Below, piece after piece: positions 39,797 through 52,479 of a DNA stretch of 64,000 bases. Source of the stretch: Sphagnum compactum (lineage: Eukaryota); the NCBI GenBank assembly GCA_965153455.1, contig OZ234493.1, forward strand, positions 2,852,001 through 2,916,000, written 5' to 3'. The translations under genes were made by a program, and so were the position numbers. The notes below the pieces were generated by a model, which had not been told where the DNA came from, ran no database searches, and worked only from the letters and a program-made list of their open reading frames with translations. Numbering within the stretch: the first letter of the stretch is position 1; each line of letters begins with the position of its first letter.

Positions 39797-40058
39797 ATGG
39801 CGTTGGAAGGAGAAGCTCTCTTCTCGGCCATGGCCATTGGCTCCAACGTACTCCTGCTGCGTCCGAGCTTCGGAAGCTTCGGAACCATCTGAGGACGCGA
39901 GGGGGAGAAGGGACGGAGAATTTGTGAAGCTTTCTTTTACCCCGATGACAGGTGTAGGCGGTGCGCCGTTGTTGCGGATTTTGCGACGTGGATTTGTGGA
40001 TTGATTGATGATGATGCGGGTAAGCAGAAGAAGAAGAAGAAGAAGAAGAAGAACATAG
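39797..40058 (+). promoter_or_regulatory. Three consecutive candidate uORFs in the PHR-like leader (39797-39892, 39945-40004, 40008-40058)
   Basis: ATG-initiated short ORFs of 31, 19 and 16 aa directly upstream of the main ATG. The TSS is unknown. Confidence 0.45.
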
Positions 40059-40134
40059 GGCGCGGTGGGGAATCGGGAGGAGAAGAAGGAAGGAAGGAAG
40101 GTTTTGAAGGTTCTGCACTGGAGCTTGGTGTTAG

Positions 40135-43100
40135 ATGCTGATGAACAGACAGGGGATGGAGGGGCGGCAGCCCTCTCAGGTGTCCAACTCTCATGCTGCT
40201 GCTGCCTCCTCTCCTGATCCTGCCGCTCCTGTTGTCGTTACCATGCCGACTCCGCAGTTGAATCCGCACCGCGCTTTTGCTCGACCGAGTCCTCCCGGTA
40301 AGGCGCAAGGGGGAAGGGGACCAGCCTGGGCTGCGATGGAAGGTAGTAGTAGTAGTTCCAGTTCTTCCGCAGCTTTTATGCAGCCAAAGCACGGGTATTA
40401 TCAACCACCCCCGCCGCCGCCGCCGCAGATGGCGAACCAGCAGCAGGTAGGGATGCACGCGGATTCCGGCATGTCTTCTCAGTATCAGTATCCGCAGTCC
40501 CAGGGACCATACCTAGCACAGCCAGGTCCAGGCACTGAACCCTCGTCTCCTCATTATGGACAACAGCAGCAGAAATCGCCACACCATTCCTATCAATCCC
40601 CTGCGCATTGGAGCCCAGGTGCACAGTGGCCAAATCATCAGCAGCAGCAGCATCTACATGGTCATCAGCATCCAGTTCCACTTCCCCCTGCGCTACAACA
40701 GAGTGGAGGTCACTGGCAAGCAGGCAACCAGCAGCTGCTTCCAAGTCCCACAGGTGTGCACCACCATCCTCAACAACCCCAGCTTGCCAGAGATTCCTTG
40801 GCATCACATCATCTTTTAGTAGGGGATGATGCTGCTGCTGCTGCTGCCATCACTGGTGGACAGCCAGAGAAACCAGGTGCTCATGGATCGTATTCTCTTA
40901 CACATACAGGAGGGAGAGAAACTCACTTGGGTTTTCAGGATGTGAATCCAGAACTTGCAGGTCAAAGTGATACCACAGCTGCTCTCCACTCCTGTGCACT
41001 GGACCAAGCAAATGGCCCAAAGACAGAAGACAACAGAGATGGCACCGACTTCCGTGACCAATTGCAGGTTGATTCTATCTGTTTCCTTGTTTTGTTCGCA
41101 GAGTTGCCTCTTCTTTTTGTATGTTTGCTGTCCTCCATTACCTTCAACCTATGAAAAACCATTGTTGTACATGGAGAGCAGCATCCCTGGAACACGCTTT
41201 GGACCTCCTGCACCAGCAGTGCTTGGGTTACAAATTGGAATTTGCAAATACTTTTCCACTGGGTTTCTACACAGATGTGATCTGGTCAAATTCTTTGGCA
41301 TTTTGACACACACAGTTGCTCTTTCTTGTTGCTCTATGGTTGGGGGAGGGGGTGGGGAGATCTGGGCAATTTTGTTTCTTGCTGCCAAAGCTGAGGTCTG
41401 TATGGCTTTCCGTTGTGGAATGACTTTGGAAAAGATGGATTGCTAATGGTCTCTAACACCTTGAAGTTGCTATTGGAGAAATTTTTCTTAGTGTGTTTGT
41501 TTCCAGTACTAAGTCATGGCTTGCTGAAACTTTTACTTCGGGTATTTGTCATAAAGTCTTTGACCCCTTGAAGGGTGTGGAACTATCACAAGTTTTCTTA
41601 TGTCATATACACACACTGAGATTGTTCTCATTGTTTTTGGCTGCACCAATTCTCTGCTATGTGGGGACCTAAATAGCCAATGCAGCCACAGCCTGGTAAC
41701 TTTTTCAACTGGTTGGTGAAGTGTGGGAAGAGTATAAGGCAAACATGATGGAGCTGCTGCAGTATTTGATGGTTTCTATCTTTGAAGGTTCTATAGCTTC
41801 AAAGGAATGAAAATACACAACAAGTTCAGTGGCTGGGCAGACTGCTTGTCTCTCTTTGGCTGCATGTGCTGGATCAAGCTTAACCTTCTTGGGAGAAAGA
41901 GGCCTAGAATTGCTGTCAAGCATCATCTAAGTATTTTGTCAAGGACATTCATGCAACCAGCTGCTTTGTCTTTGTCTATAGTAGTCTCCTCCTGCTTTTT
42001 TAGCAGATTTGTTAATGTGGAGTTTTGCATGCAATCTCTAAGTTTTCAAATTAATGGCTAAATTGGATGTGTACATACACATCCAAATAGTCTCCAGTGG
42101 TATGCTTCAAGGATATGTTGAGGGTGCAGGATGCCCTAGCCATGACCCTTTGTGTCTCTATGCCTTAAGCTTAGGTACTTGTCAGTACAGGGGCAAGCTA
42201 AAATGAAATGAAGTCTCTCGTCACAAGCTTGAATGAGGACACTATTCAATTTTTTGATTAGCTATGTCTCTTGAGTGGTTGCCAGCATTGTGACCGAGTC
42301 TTCCTGTTGCTTTTGGAAACATGACAGAATCTGAGGACACAGGTTTTTGTGTACTTGTTTCCCAATATCTTGAGCAGATCTTTTTGGAGCTGATGAAGTC
42401 AGTAGGGTGTAATAGGAGCAGCTAGTCACTGTTATTCATGATGAAGGTGACAGTCTGGTACTATGTGAGCGACACACACAAGGTTATGACTGTACTCATT
42501 CTTGTTGTCTTGTTTTGGTTTGGCCAGAAGTTAGAACCAACATGATGGTTACCTTGGAAGTGCTAATACAGAAACTCAGTACATTGGTTAGTGTATGATG
42601 TTGACTTCCACCCACTGCTGGGAGCCGACGAAGTTGATGAGTTTGTTTATGGTAGCTGGCCACTACTGTACATATTGCTGTTGAAGATCTCTGGACATGT
42701 GTGACTGTTGCTGTTATTCAAACCACACCTCAGTTTTATTCTTGTTTTCTGTTCTTTGTTCTTTGGTTTTTAGGGGTTTTTTTGCTCTTTTTCCTGTTCA
42801 TGGATTGGTTGTCAGCTCTGCAATCTCTTTAACCTTATTTTGATGTGAATGCTTAATTTATTCAGGTTTACTTAAATTGTATGTGTAGTGAAGTTCTCTG
42901 TCCTCATGAAGGTATACATACCTCCAAGTGTTGTCTTGGAATTTTCTCTGCAATTTCACATGTATGTTATATTGTTAGCAGAGCAATAGTATGGCAGTCA
43001 GATGTGTGTCCTTCATTTTCAAATTGCTTTGTGCAGGTGTTACTTGATTCACCAGATGGAGATGGAGACTCTTCACAGATGGGAGAGCAGTCAGTGAATG

Positions 43101-46100
43101 ATGGTTTTGGGGCAGGACCTGAATGGCTCAAGTGGACAGAGCTAGTACCCCAAGAGGAGACTATTGCAAACTGCTGGACTGAAATAATTGATGTGGAGAG
43201 TGGTGAGGAAAGGGTAAGCAACATGGGACAGTTGAAGGAGTTTGAGAGTCACACTTAGAGGGCTCTTGTTTTTCTATTTTCCTATTTTTCTAAAGTATTT
43301 GCAGAGCACTGTGGCCAGTGGGATTCCTTCAAAGATAGACAGCTGGCAGTGGAAAGAACCTTGTGTTTGGATCTGGTGGTCACTTGTTTGAGAGTCAGTT
43401 TGAATTTTTTGGCAAGAGGAGTATGATAAGAGTGGTTTCTCCCTTGTTCTCTTGGTAAATTTTGGATTTGTGCCTTATGCAGACACTTTTTCAGACAACA
43501 AGGTTTGAACCATTGGCCCCCACAACGCTTCAGCCCAGAAGCCTGCCTACAGATCGGCAGCCTTCAGGTTTTTCCTTGGCAGCCAAAGAATTATGTTACT
43601 TTCTCAAGTGTTATTGGGTGTTGCAGAATGGATTATGTGCATACAAGATAGTGTCTTTAGTAGCAAATGGGTGATCTGTTGTTCTAGCTCAACTTGTGGT
43701 TTGTTCCTGCCAGTGCTTGAAGAGGACCAAAATCATATATTTGCATGGAGAGAGAACATTTCTCTGCAGGGATCCTTAGGTCAGCTGGTCTTGTTTGTAC
43801 AGGATCTGCAGGAGGACAATATCCTGAGAGCCCTGGGCCATCCTCAGCTGCAGCGGCAGCAGCTGCTGCGGTCAAGTCACGATTGCGGTGGACTCCAGAG
43901 CTGCATGAGAAATTTGTGGCTGCAGTGAGTGACCTTGGAGGTGCTGATCGTAAGTGTTCCATCACATCACCTGACTCTTCCCATGTGTTGTTTCAGAACT
44001 GACTTTGCCACTAATCCAAGTCGGCGGTCTAAGCACACCAATCAACCACAGTACTTCTTTTTGAGCTGGATTTGGAACCCAAGAAGTCCTGGATGTTCAC
44101 TGAGATGCAGAAAGGGTATTGGTGGCAAGTCAAGAAGCTGTAGTCCGATTAGGGAAAGATCTGTGACATTTGCAGGCAGTTTCTGATGCATCCAAATTTG
44201 GAATGTGTTATCAAAAAGTTTTGGAATTCAAGCCAGCATCTAGACTGTCCAGTGTAAAGAAATGGCGAAAATTTTGTTCATGTTGTTGACAATACAGAAG
44301 TTAATTCAACAAATGTTTGTGACATGGGAACATACATATATATGCAGAAGTTTTGAGTGGGGATAATTGACATGGCCAAGGGCCCTCTTCCCCTTCCAAT
44401 TTGTCTGCTTTACTCTGCCTCATATGTGCAGTCATATAGAAAAGAAATAGTCATCTGATGATTATTTTTCTTGTGTACTTTGAAGGTGCGACACCAAAAG
44501 CGGTTTTGCGCATAATGGGTGTCCAGGGCATCACAATTTATCATGTGAAGAGTCACCTGCAGGCATGATTTATTCCCTATTATTATTGGCTTTATTTTAA
44601 ATTGCTTGACTTCTACACAAAGTGCCTATTTGGTGTTGATAGTACTTGAGAAAAGTTAGTATTTCTGACTTCCTTTGAAACCTGATGTTTCTGCAATCTT
44701 GCAGAAGTACAGACTTGCCAAATATATGCCTGAGATTTCAGAAGGTATGTCAATTGTGTTTGATGTGCTTAATTTGAATTTGTGACAGTCTCTTTGTCAT
44801 AAATTGTAAGAGGTTTTACATTCCTAGACAAATGATGTTCCAAGGAAATAAACAAAAAATGGCACTGCTGTTATCAGCAGGGGTTATTTCTGTTCATCTA
44901 CCATTCTTTACATTAGGTGGGGTTTGGTACTGACTAATGATGTATATTGTTGAACAGAGACAAGAGCTGAACGGAGAAGGAATGATAACTACCTTCAACC
45001 TATGGGGATTAGTTCGTGAGTCTCTCTTCCTATCCCTTAGCCAACCTATATAGCAAAGGGAAGAAGGGTCACACAATTGTACCAAAATGTGCCACCTGCA
45101 TACACCTGAAGAGTCCTGGATCTAGTGGAGTCTGTACTAATCAAGACACTTCTTTGTTACTGACTCTGTTGAATTGATTTGTGACAACAGGAGCCAACAG
45201 ATTACACAGGCACTGCAAATGCAAATGGAAGTGCAGAAAAGGCTCCATGAGCAGCTTGAGGTTCCCTCTCACAACTTTCTCTTGATCTTTGTCAACATCA
45301 ATGTCCTCTTGATGCTTGGCAATCATCCCTTTTCCTCAAAGAACTTCAGCCCACAGTTCTCAATAGGTTGCTGTTTGTGGATAATTTGGGTAACATCAGT
45401 GTATGTATGTGATGCTACAGGTTCAGCGGGAACTGCAGTTGCGGATTGAGGCTCAGGGAAAATCTCTGCAAAAAATGATCGAACAACAGGGAGGAATGGT
45501 TTCCCGTTGTTGGTCTGAGCCTCATGATTCATCATCCTTGGCAACTGTGCCTGCAACTCCAGTTCCTGAAACCCCAGGGCGATCATCAATAGTTCCTGTC
45601 ACAGACAGTCCTCATCAAGCAAGTGCTCTTGAAAGTGACATCCCTGTGACTGACAGGGCACCTCTCCCAGCAAGCACTGTTGACCAGCCAGACCTCAACC
45701 ATGAAAGACTCATTTCAGAATCGAAGGAGGACCAACCACCTCCAGCTTTGATTACGTCAAATGAGGAGCCTTCATTGAAGAAAGCTCGGATTGATGTCAA
45801 CCCCCAAGCCAGTTCTTTGGTGCAAGCTCGGATTGATGTCACCCCCCAAGCCAGTTCTTTGGTGCAAGTCCCAGTTTCAGTCACAAGTGATGCACAGAGA
45901 GGGGGTGGCAGTGACACTCAGGAGAATGTGCAACAGGAAGTGGGGCTTGAGACATCTCCAGAGATGGTCACACAAAAACTGACAAGTCCAGCCCTGGAAG
46001 CTCAGGAAGTAACAGAGGGCCACCAGGCACATTCTTTTGCACAGTGTACTCCCCAGCAAGGTCACACAGCTTGTGCACCACCACACCCAGGTTCTATTGC

Positions 46101-46128
46101 ACACAAACCTGTGCGTGCCTCTGGCTAA
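40135..46128 (+). CDS. PHR1-like: PHR1-like GARP/MYB-CC transcription factor, about 775 aa. Exons 40135-41067, 43037-43213, 43483-43567, 43770-43949, 44486-44562, 44705-44744, 44958-45015, 45191-45260, 45421-46128
   Basis: MYB domain [58 protein letters not shown] and coiled coil [43 protein letters not shown]. Exon phases join to 2328 nt. N-terminal exon boundaries are less certain than the domain exons. Confidence 0.9.
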
Positions 46129-49023
46129 CAGATGGAGGTGGAAAATGTATTTTGACCTTCAAAAGTGGTGGTCACCATGTGATCAGTCTTTGCATGAAGT
46201 TTTGCTTGTCGGGAAGCTGCCTAGATCTCAGTTGAGTTGTTTTTGGAGGCTCATGTTGGACAGGTGGCACTTCTGCTTACCAAATGAAGCTGTGGGAGGA
46301 GTTTATTGGGCTGTCTCAATTTATGGTTAGTTGGGTGCTTGTTCATTCTCCTACCCAAATTGTTTGTGGACATGGGCGGTGGGTTGGGCGATGGAGCAAG
46401 TATTATTCTTTTGAGCTGTCACAAGTGGACAAGGTCTTAATTGTGTAGTTGTTGCTTACTGAGGTATGCGGACTGGTGGACAATGAGGCTCTCAGGATAA
46501 GGTAGAGTGGTGGAGTGTGTACAGGAGAGAGGAGAAAAGACGGGAGTGTTGGCCCCAGTCTCTTGAAGCAAAACAGAGTTTACAGGCAGCAGTACTGGTT
46601 CCACCAGCAGTTTGTATCAATGTTTGACAAAATGAATATAATTGTAGCTTTTTGCAGCTAATTCATAGATCCAGCTGAACACCACATTTGTATTTCTTTT
46701 GTTGGATGGCCTATGGTTGTTTGATCAGATGGTGTTCTTTCCTGACATTCGAGTTGAGGTTTATAGGATTTAAGCCATCTACGTCTTGTGGCTTAGATAT
46801 TACTTGAACAAGGACTGAAAGCTAAAATGAAATGAAGTTTACTGCACAAGCTTGCAGCTTGTTGCAGCTTGAATGGGGATACTATGTACTTCTTTTATTA
46901 GCTAATCTCTTGAGTACTAACCAACATCATGATTGAGTCTTGCTTGTTGCTTCTGGAAATGTGACAGAAACTCAGGATACAGATGACACCCAACATCAGG
47001 AGCCAATGAAGCCAGTTGGTAGTCATGGCAGCAGCTCTACTCTTGATAAAGGTGATGGTTTGACACTTTTTGAGGAATTCTCGTTATACTAATTGTCTTT
47101 TGAAAAGTCATGAGGAGGCAATAGCTGTTTTTTAGGAACTAGAGTAGAGACTGACTCTAGGTCTTATGTTATTCCAAAAAGAGGCTCTCTACAATATTGT
47201 GGGTTCATATCTGCAGACTATTTTTTCTTGTTCTTTTTTTATTACATAAATGGGTGTTGGAAAGAGAACCTTCTCTGAGTTTTTCTGGTGCACTTTCTAC
47301 CCTGCCATAGAATCATAGAAAATGTCTGATGATGGCTATTTGAGCAGTTCAAACATGAAACAGTCCTTAAATGCCTTAAGAATTGTTGTGGTGAGCATTT
47401 GTAAAGTGGATGATGACTGCTGTATATTCCAATTATTCTGCAGAAATTTGTGTTAATTTGACATTAGACAATGCTCATAGTTCAAGAGTGGAGTGGTCTT
47501 CAAGCTGTTAATGGAGTCATGCGGGCAAGTAAAGCCTGGGTGGTGAATTGTCCTGGAATTTGCATAAATACACAAAGGTTTTAGGGTTTAGGGCTTCAAG
47601 GTTTCTGGTTTAGGACACTAAGTACATTTTTTTCAAGTAAAGCCCGGCTTTATCATCTGTAGAGTTATTGCAGTGGTGTTGAATTGTCCTGGACTTAGCA
47701 TATATACTTATATACACTTAGGGTTTAGGCTTAGGGTTGGGGTTTAGTATATACAATTTATGCTGCTGTCAGAGATCTGGGCTTAGAAGATGAGAGACCG
47801 AAAACCTGGTCAATTTGGTTTTTGAACTTGTTAGAGATTCAAAGCACTAGAAATGCTACCAAGGAGGCATAATAAGATTCTGGACTTTCCTTATGAAGAA
47901 GAAGGAATGACCATTTGTGAAAAGACATGATCTTCTATTTGCATTGCTCTTGGATGAAGAGAGATGGTCCATCATCTATCACTATGTCTCAAAAGCATGA
48001 GAATCTTCATTGTTGTAAAGTCCAATTTGCTCCAAGTTAGAACTAAACTCTAAACTTGAGATTAATAATGGAGATCCTTACTCAACTACCAATTGCTTGA
48101 AACAAGTCAATACTAGGAAGGGGAGGTGGGTTTGTTCCTAAAGGGGCAAGACAAAAAGGTGGTTAAACCCATTGCTACCATTTGACCTGTAATGGAAGAT
48201 GCTTGCATCCTTCGAAGTGTAACAAAACAAATTGGCAAATAAAGGGGACGAAGATTGGAAAGAAAGAGGACGATGTTTGGCCATTTCATACATCAAGTTA
48301 CACTACATTGGTGCAATCATGTGAAAGAACATCCATTTATTTGAGCAAATGTCCAAGGGCATACAATTGCTAAAGGGACGAACTAATCTATTGGTTGTTA
48401 GTCTTTTGAACTCCTTTCCTTTACATGTGTCACTTCTAAGGTAGTGAACCTTTGTGTGTAAGATGATCCAAGAAATAAATATGTGGATGTCAAATTAGTT
48501 ATGATTATAATTAGTCATTATGATTCCAAATAATATTAGGAGAAATGCTTGTTCATAGGTTAAATGCCATGTTCATGTTATCAAGAATCTTCAACATAAA
48601 AGGCACCCCAAAAACTTGGGGAAACGATGAATCAAATGATGAATGAACACTATGTGAAAAATGGCCAATTCCTTATTGGGTTTGTGATTGTTTTTTAATT
48701 CACAATTGAAAGTGCAACTCAAAATTCCCTTGTCATCATGGACAAGTTGTAGACAACATTAATCACAAACGACATGGCATGGCAATGCTATGTCACCTTG
48801 GTTGCCTCCATGATCTCATCTTGAACTACAACTACCAATTCATCCATCATTGGCACATGGAGTGGGAATTTGCAACTAGTTGCAAGACTAGTTGGGAGAT
48901 TAGTTTTGCAACTAATTCTAACATGCACATTGACCCGTATTATATTACGTAACTTCAAAAATAAGTAAGCATGCAACCCTAACTAGGATAAGCAAGCCTA
49001 ACCTTTTAAATATGTGAAATATA

Positions 49024-49093
49024 GGTTGCAAGAGTAAGAAATTGAACCCTTCATCTCCTTGTTAGAAAACCAAGTCCTTAATCAATGCACCAA
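49024..49093 (-). mobile_element. tRNA-derived SINE-like head (degenerate Pol III A and B boxes), not a functional tRNA
   Basis: The minus strand reads TTGGTGCATTGATTAAGGACTTGG...GAAGGGTTCAATTTC. A weaker relative sharing aaggacttgg and gttcaa lies at about 37484-37535 (+). Confidence 0.45.
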
Positions 49094-52000
49094 ACCCTTC
49101 ATAAAGGAATTTTTTGGTCAACTTATTGTTAGGAAAATGTTTACACTTACATTTCTTCTTACCTACCTATTTACCTAACTAACCTAATTATCTATCTACC
49201 CATTTATATATTACCTACCTATTTAACTATGTACTTATCCACATACTTATTTACATATTATGTACCTATTTAACTACATATTTATCACCAACCCCAAACT
49301 TACCTAAGCCTACTTAACAGCTACCTAAGTCATATACATGTTACATATGCTTACTTATGGGCTACTTAAAGATTATTTAGGCCCACCTAAAGGCTACATT
49401 GGGAATACCTAAACCTACCTTGGGCCTACTTAAACTCATTAGAGAATAATTCAATAGTTACTACCTAATTATCACCTAGTACCTATAGGTTGTTCCCAAC
49501 CCCACCCTACCTATAGTTAAGCTACATTTTACATACAAGCTACTTACTACCTATTTATTAGGTTCTAACTTGGATTTGTAATTTCAAAACTAGTTGAATG
49601 GGACACCATATTTGGTTTAGTTAATTACGTGTAATTGTAAACACGTATTAGAAATCACAAAAACAACTAAGTCATCATTCATTAAGGATGTCATTGAATG
49701 TAGCTAACAATATCTGATTTTTATCCTACTCTCATCCAATTTATACCACATGCACAAAATGTAATCGCATTCACAATTACAATGTTGGTTGGTACCCTAC
49801 TATAGTTGCACATGCAACTAAAAGCACTCGTTATTCACGTGTCATGGGGGACTATTCTAAGTTTAGCCACAAATAATAGTACTTGCATGGTAGTCGCAAA
49901 CACATGGCCTAGAATGGACAAGATTTGACATAGTGGAAGTCTAAGAATGTGAATTAGAAGGGTAAACAATTTTACAAGTATCACACATAACATTAAGTTA
50001 TGATCCCAAAGGCCACATTGATATCCCTTTTTACCTACAAAGCAAATTTGCACATGGAACATCTTCCAACAAATAATCCATATTCCATGGTTGCATGTGT
50101 AACAAATTGTTGTCAAATTCAACAAGCATTTTAAAAAAAATATTGAAGCCCAACTGCACCTTAGTTTCGTAGATGCTTCTAACTTCACATGGTATTCCAA
50201 AACATTTTCACCTATTGCAAGAATAATTTCATTAGTTACATTCCTTAATGGAGGGTAAAGCTTGGGGGTGAATTGAATCTTGTCATCATCCACAATTTAT
50301 TCACAACCTTTCTTCTTGTTTTCATTCAGCCTCATCTTGGAATTCTTTCTGCAATTACACTGGACGCATACAAACTTTTTCCTATCCTGTCGACAACTTT
50401 GGTGACATTCCTTCACTAAGTGTAACCATTCTTTTAATGTGTATGTTTCCAAAAAAACAGTTTTTGTTTATCTTAACATTTCACACGACATGCCAAGTTT
50501 TCCATGGACATGTTTCAAAGATGCCATGAAATCCTTTTCTACTCTCCCTGTTAGCAACAATTGGAAGTATGGTGAGGCTCTCCAAAAACATAACATTGAT
50601 CAGGAATGCAATGAAGACATACCTTTCAAAGGTATGCAGAAAGACGTACATGTTAAACTTGGCATGTCACACTTGTCAAAAGTGACTCCACATGAACGTG
50701 CCAAGGCATTGTAGAGCTTCGGCTCCAAGCTTTTTCACAAACAAAAGCAAGCTTTTTGGAACCTTAACCGAAACACGAATGACATGGGTACGTTGCTTGG
50801 AATGTTCCTTGACATGTGGTCTAATTAGAAAAAAAATTAGCCTATTAAATGGTGTAATGATGATATTAATTACCTAATCGTTCTTTTATGAGATATGATA
50901 ACTCCCATTGCCATCCAATGATTAGAATTGCGCATCATTAGTTTTCCTCATACGGAAAACAAAGTGCCATTGATGGCAATGGAATGTGTGCAAAAAGGCG
51001 TGAAGTTAGGGTGAGAGGGGGGGTGGGGGCGGCGGGGCTTGAAACATGTGCGTGAAACATGGCATGTTTCAAAGGCCAAGTTTTGGGCCTAGCTATTCGC
51101 GCATGGGAATCCCTGCGGGGCTGCCTCAAGCTGAGGAACGCATTTAGGATGTGTCGCTCAAATAACATCGAGGCACTTTTTGCTATCTCAATCTGGCGAC
51201 AAATTGCCAGGAAAAATAGCACTGGTTAGGACCAGGCTGGTATGATTTATTTTTAAAATCAATATAAATACCAGGTTGGTATGAATAATTTTTAAAAAAT
51301 TTAATACAGTACCAGCTGGTATGTTCAAGAGTTGATACCCACCTAAAGTACTCTTTCCAACTCCCACTTTTCATTATACAACAACCAATGATGACTCCTT
51401 TGGCATTAATAAAACAATGTTACATGGTATAAATTTTGTCTTTTCTTTAATAAAGATCGTGTAATCTATTGAAAACAAATCATAAGTTCATCATGTGTAC
51501 CTACTTGGATTTTAGAAGATAAATTAACCCAAGAATAAAAAATCCAATCTTTGTGAACCATGCAACAATAATAACACCAATTAATATTAAAGGATCATCA
51601 TCTTGGCATGAAACAATGCAAAAGGATGTGAAAAATGGGTTAGTCACATTTCACCTTTCAAGGTGCCATTTTCTATAAATAATCAATTGTGACCCACCAA
51701 TCGTGAAAATTGTTACACTGTCTAATTTTAGACTAAATACTTTCATGACACATTTGGCCCTGATTGAAAAAATTGCAATATTATATTCATGTATTTTGTG
51801 CGCTTAATGGTTTATTAGTATATGCATAGGTTATGTTGTGTGCATATAGCTTTTAATTATTTTATTTTTCGTATAACTTGAACAATATTTATGTATTTTT
51901 TGCATATAATTTCACCATGACATATGTATTTAACTTCAAAAGGTCAAACCCAAATTCATAAGCATATGACTATAATGTTGATTGAGTTAAATGACCAACT

Positions 52001-52479
52001 TGTTATAGGTTTATTGAATGAGTGTGATCATGTGCATAACAATTTTGTTTGAAGGATTCAACTTCAATATTAAAAATTCCCAAATAAAACATCCACACAT
52101 TTTTCCTTGTGATGTCAATGGAAAATTATTTAAAAAGAATGTAGCCCATTATAGTAATTAGCTCATTAATCTTTCTTTGGCTTCTAATATTTTAAAAAAT
52201 ATTTCATGCAAATTCCCACTTTTGTTAAAACATTATTAATTATATAAAATGACAAAGAAGGTTTTTGGGGGGTGGGGGGGTAATAGTATTTGAAGAAAAT
52301 AAAAAAATTCCCACCATATAAGTATTTAAAATCTTAATATTCATGTATTTGAATCACCTTTAATTTAATTTAAATTTTATGTTTACATTGCATTTTGGCA
52401 CCATATATTTGTGTGAATTTTTAGTTTTAGTTCAAAGCATGAAAAGTGACAAATGAATGTGATTGTGAATGATTAAAAG

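Noticed and set aside
49024..49093. tRNA gene
   Set aside because: Only degenerate A/B boxes, with no intact cloverleaf. Treated as SINE-like.
49880..50850. Coding-like decayed sequence on the minus strand
   Set aside because: Many stops and no motif I can assign. It needs BLASTx.
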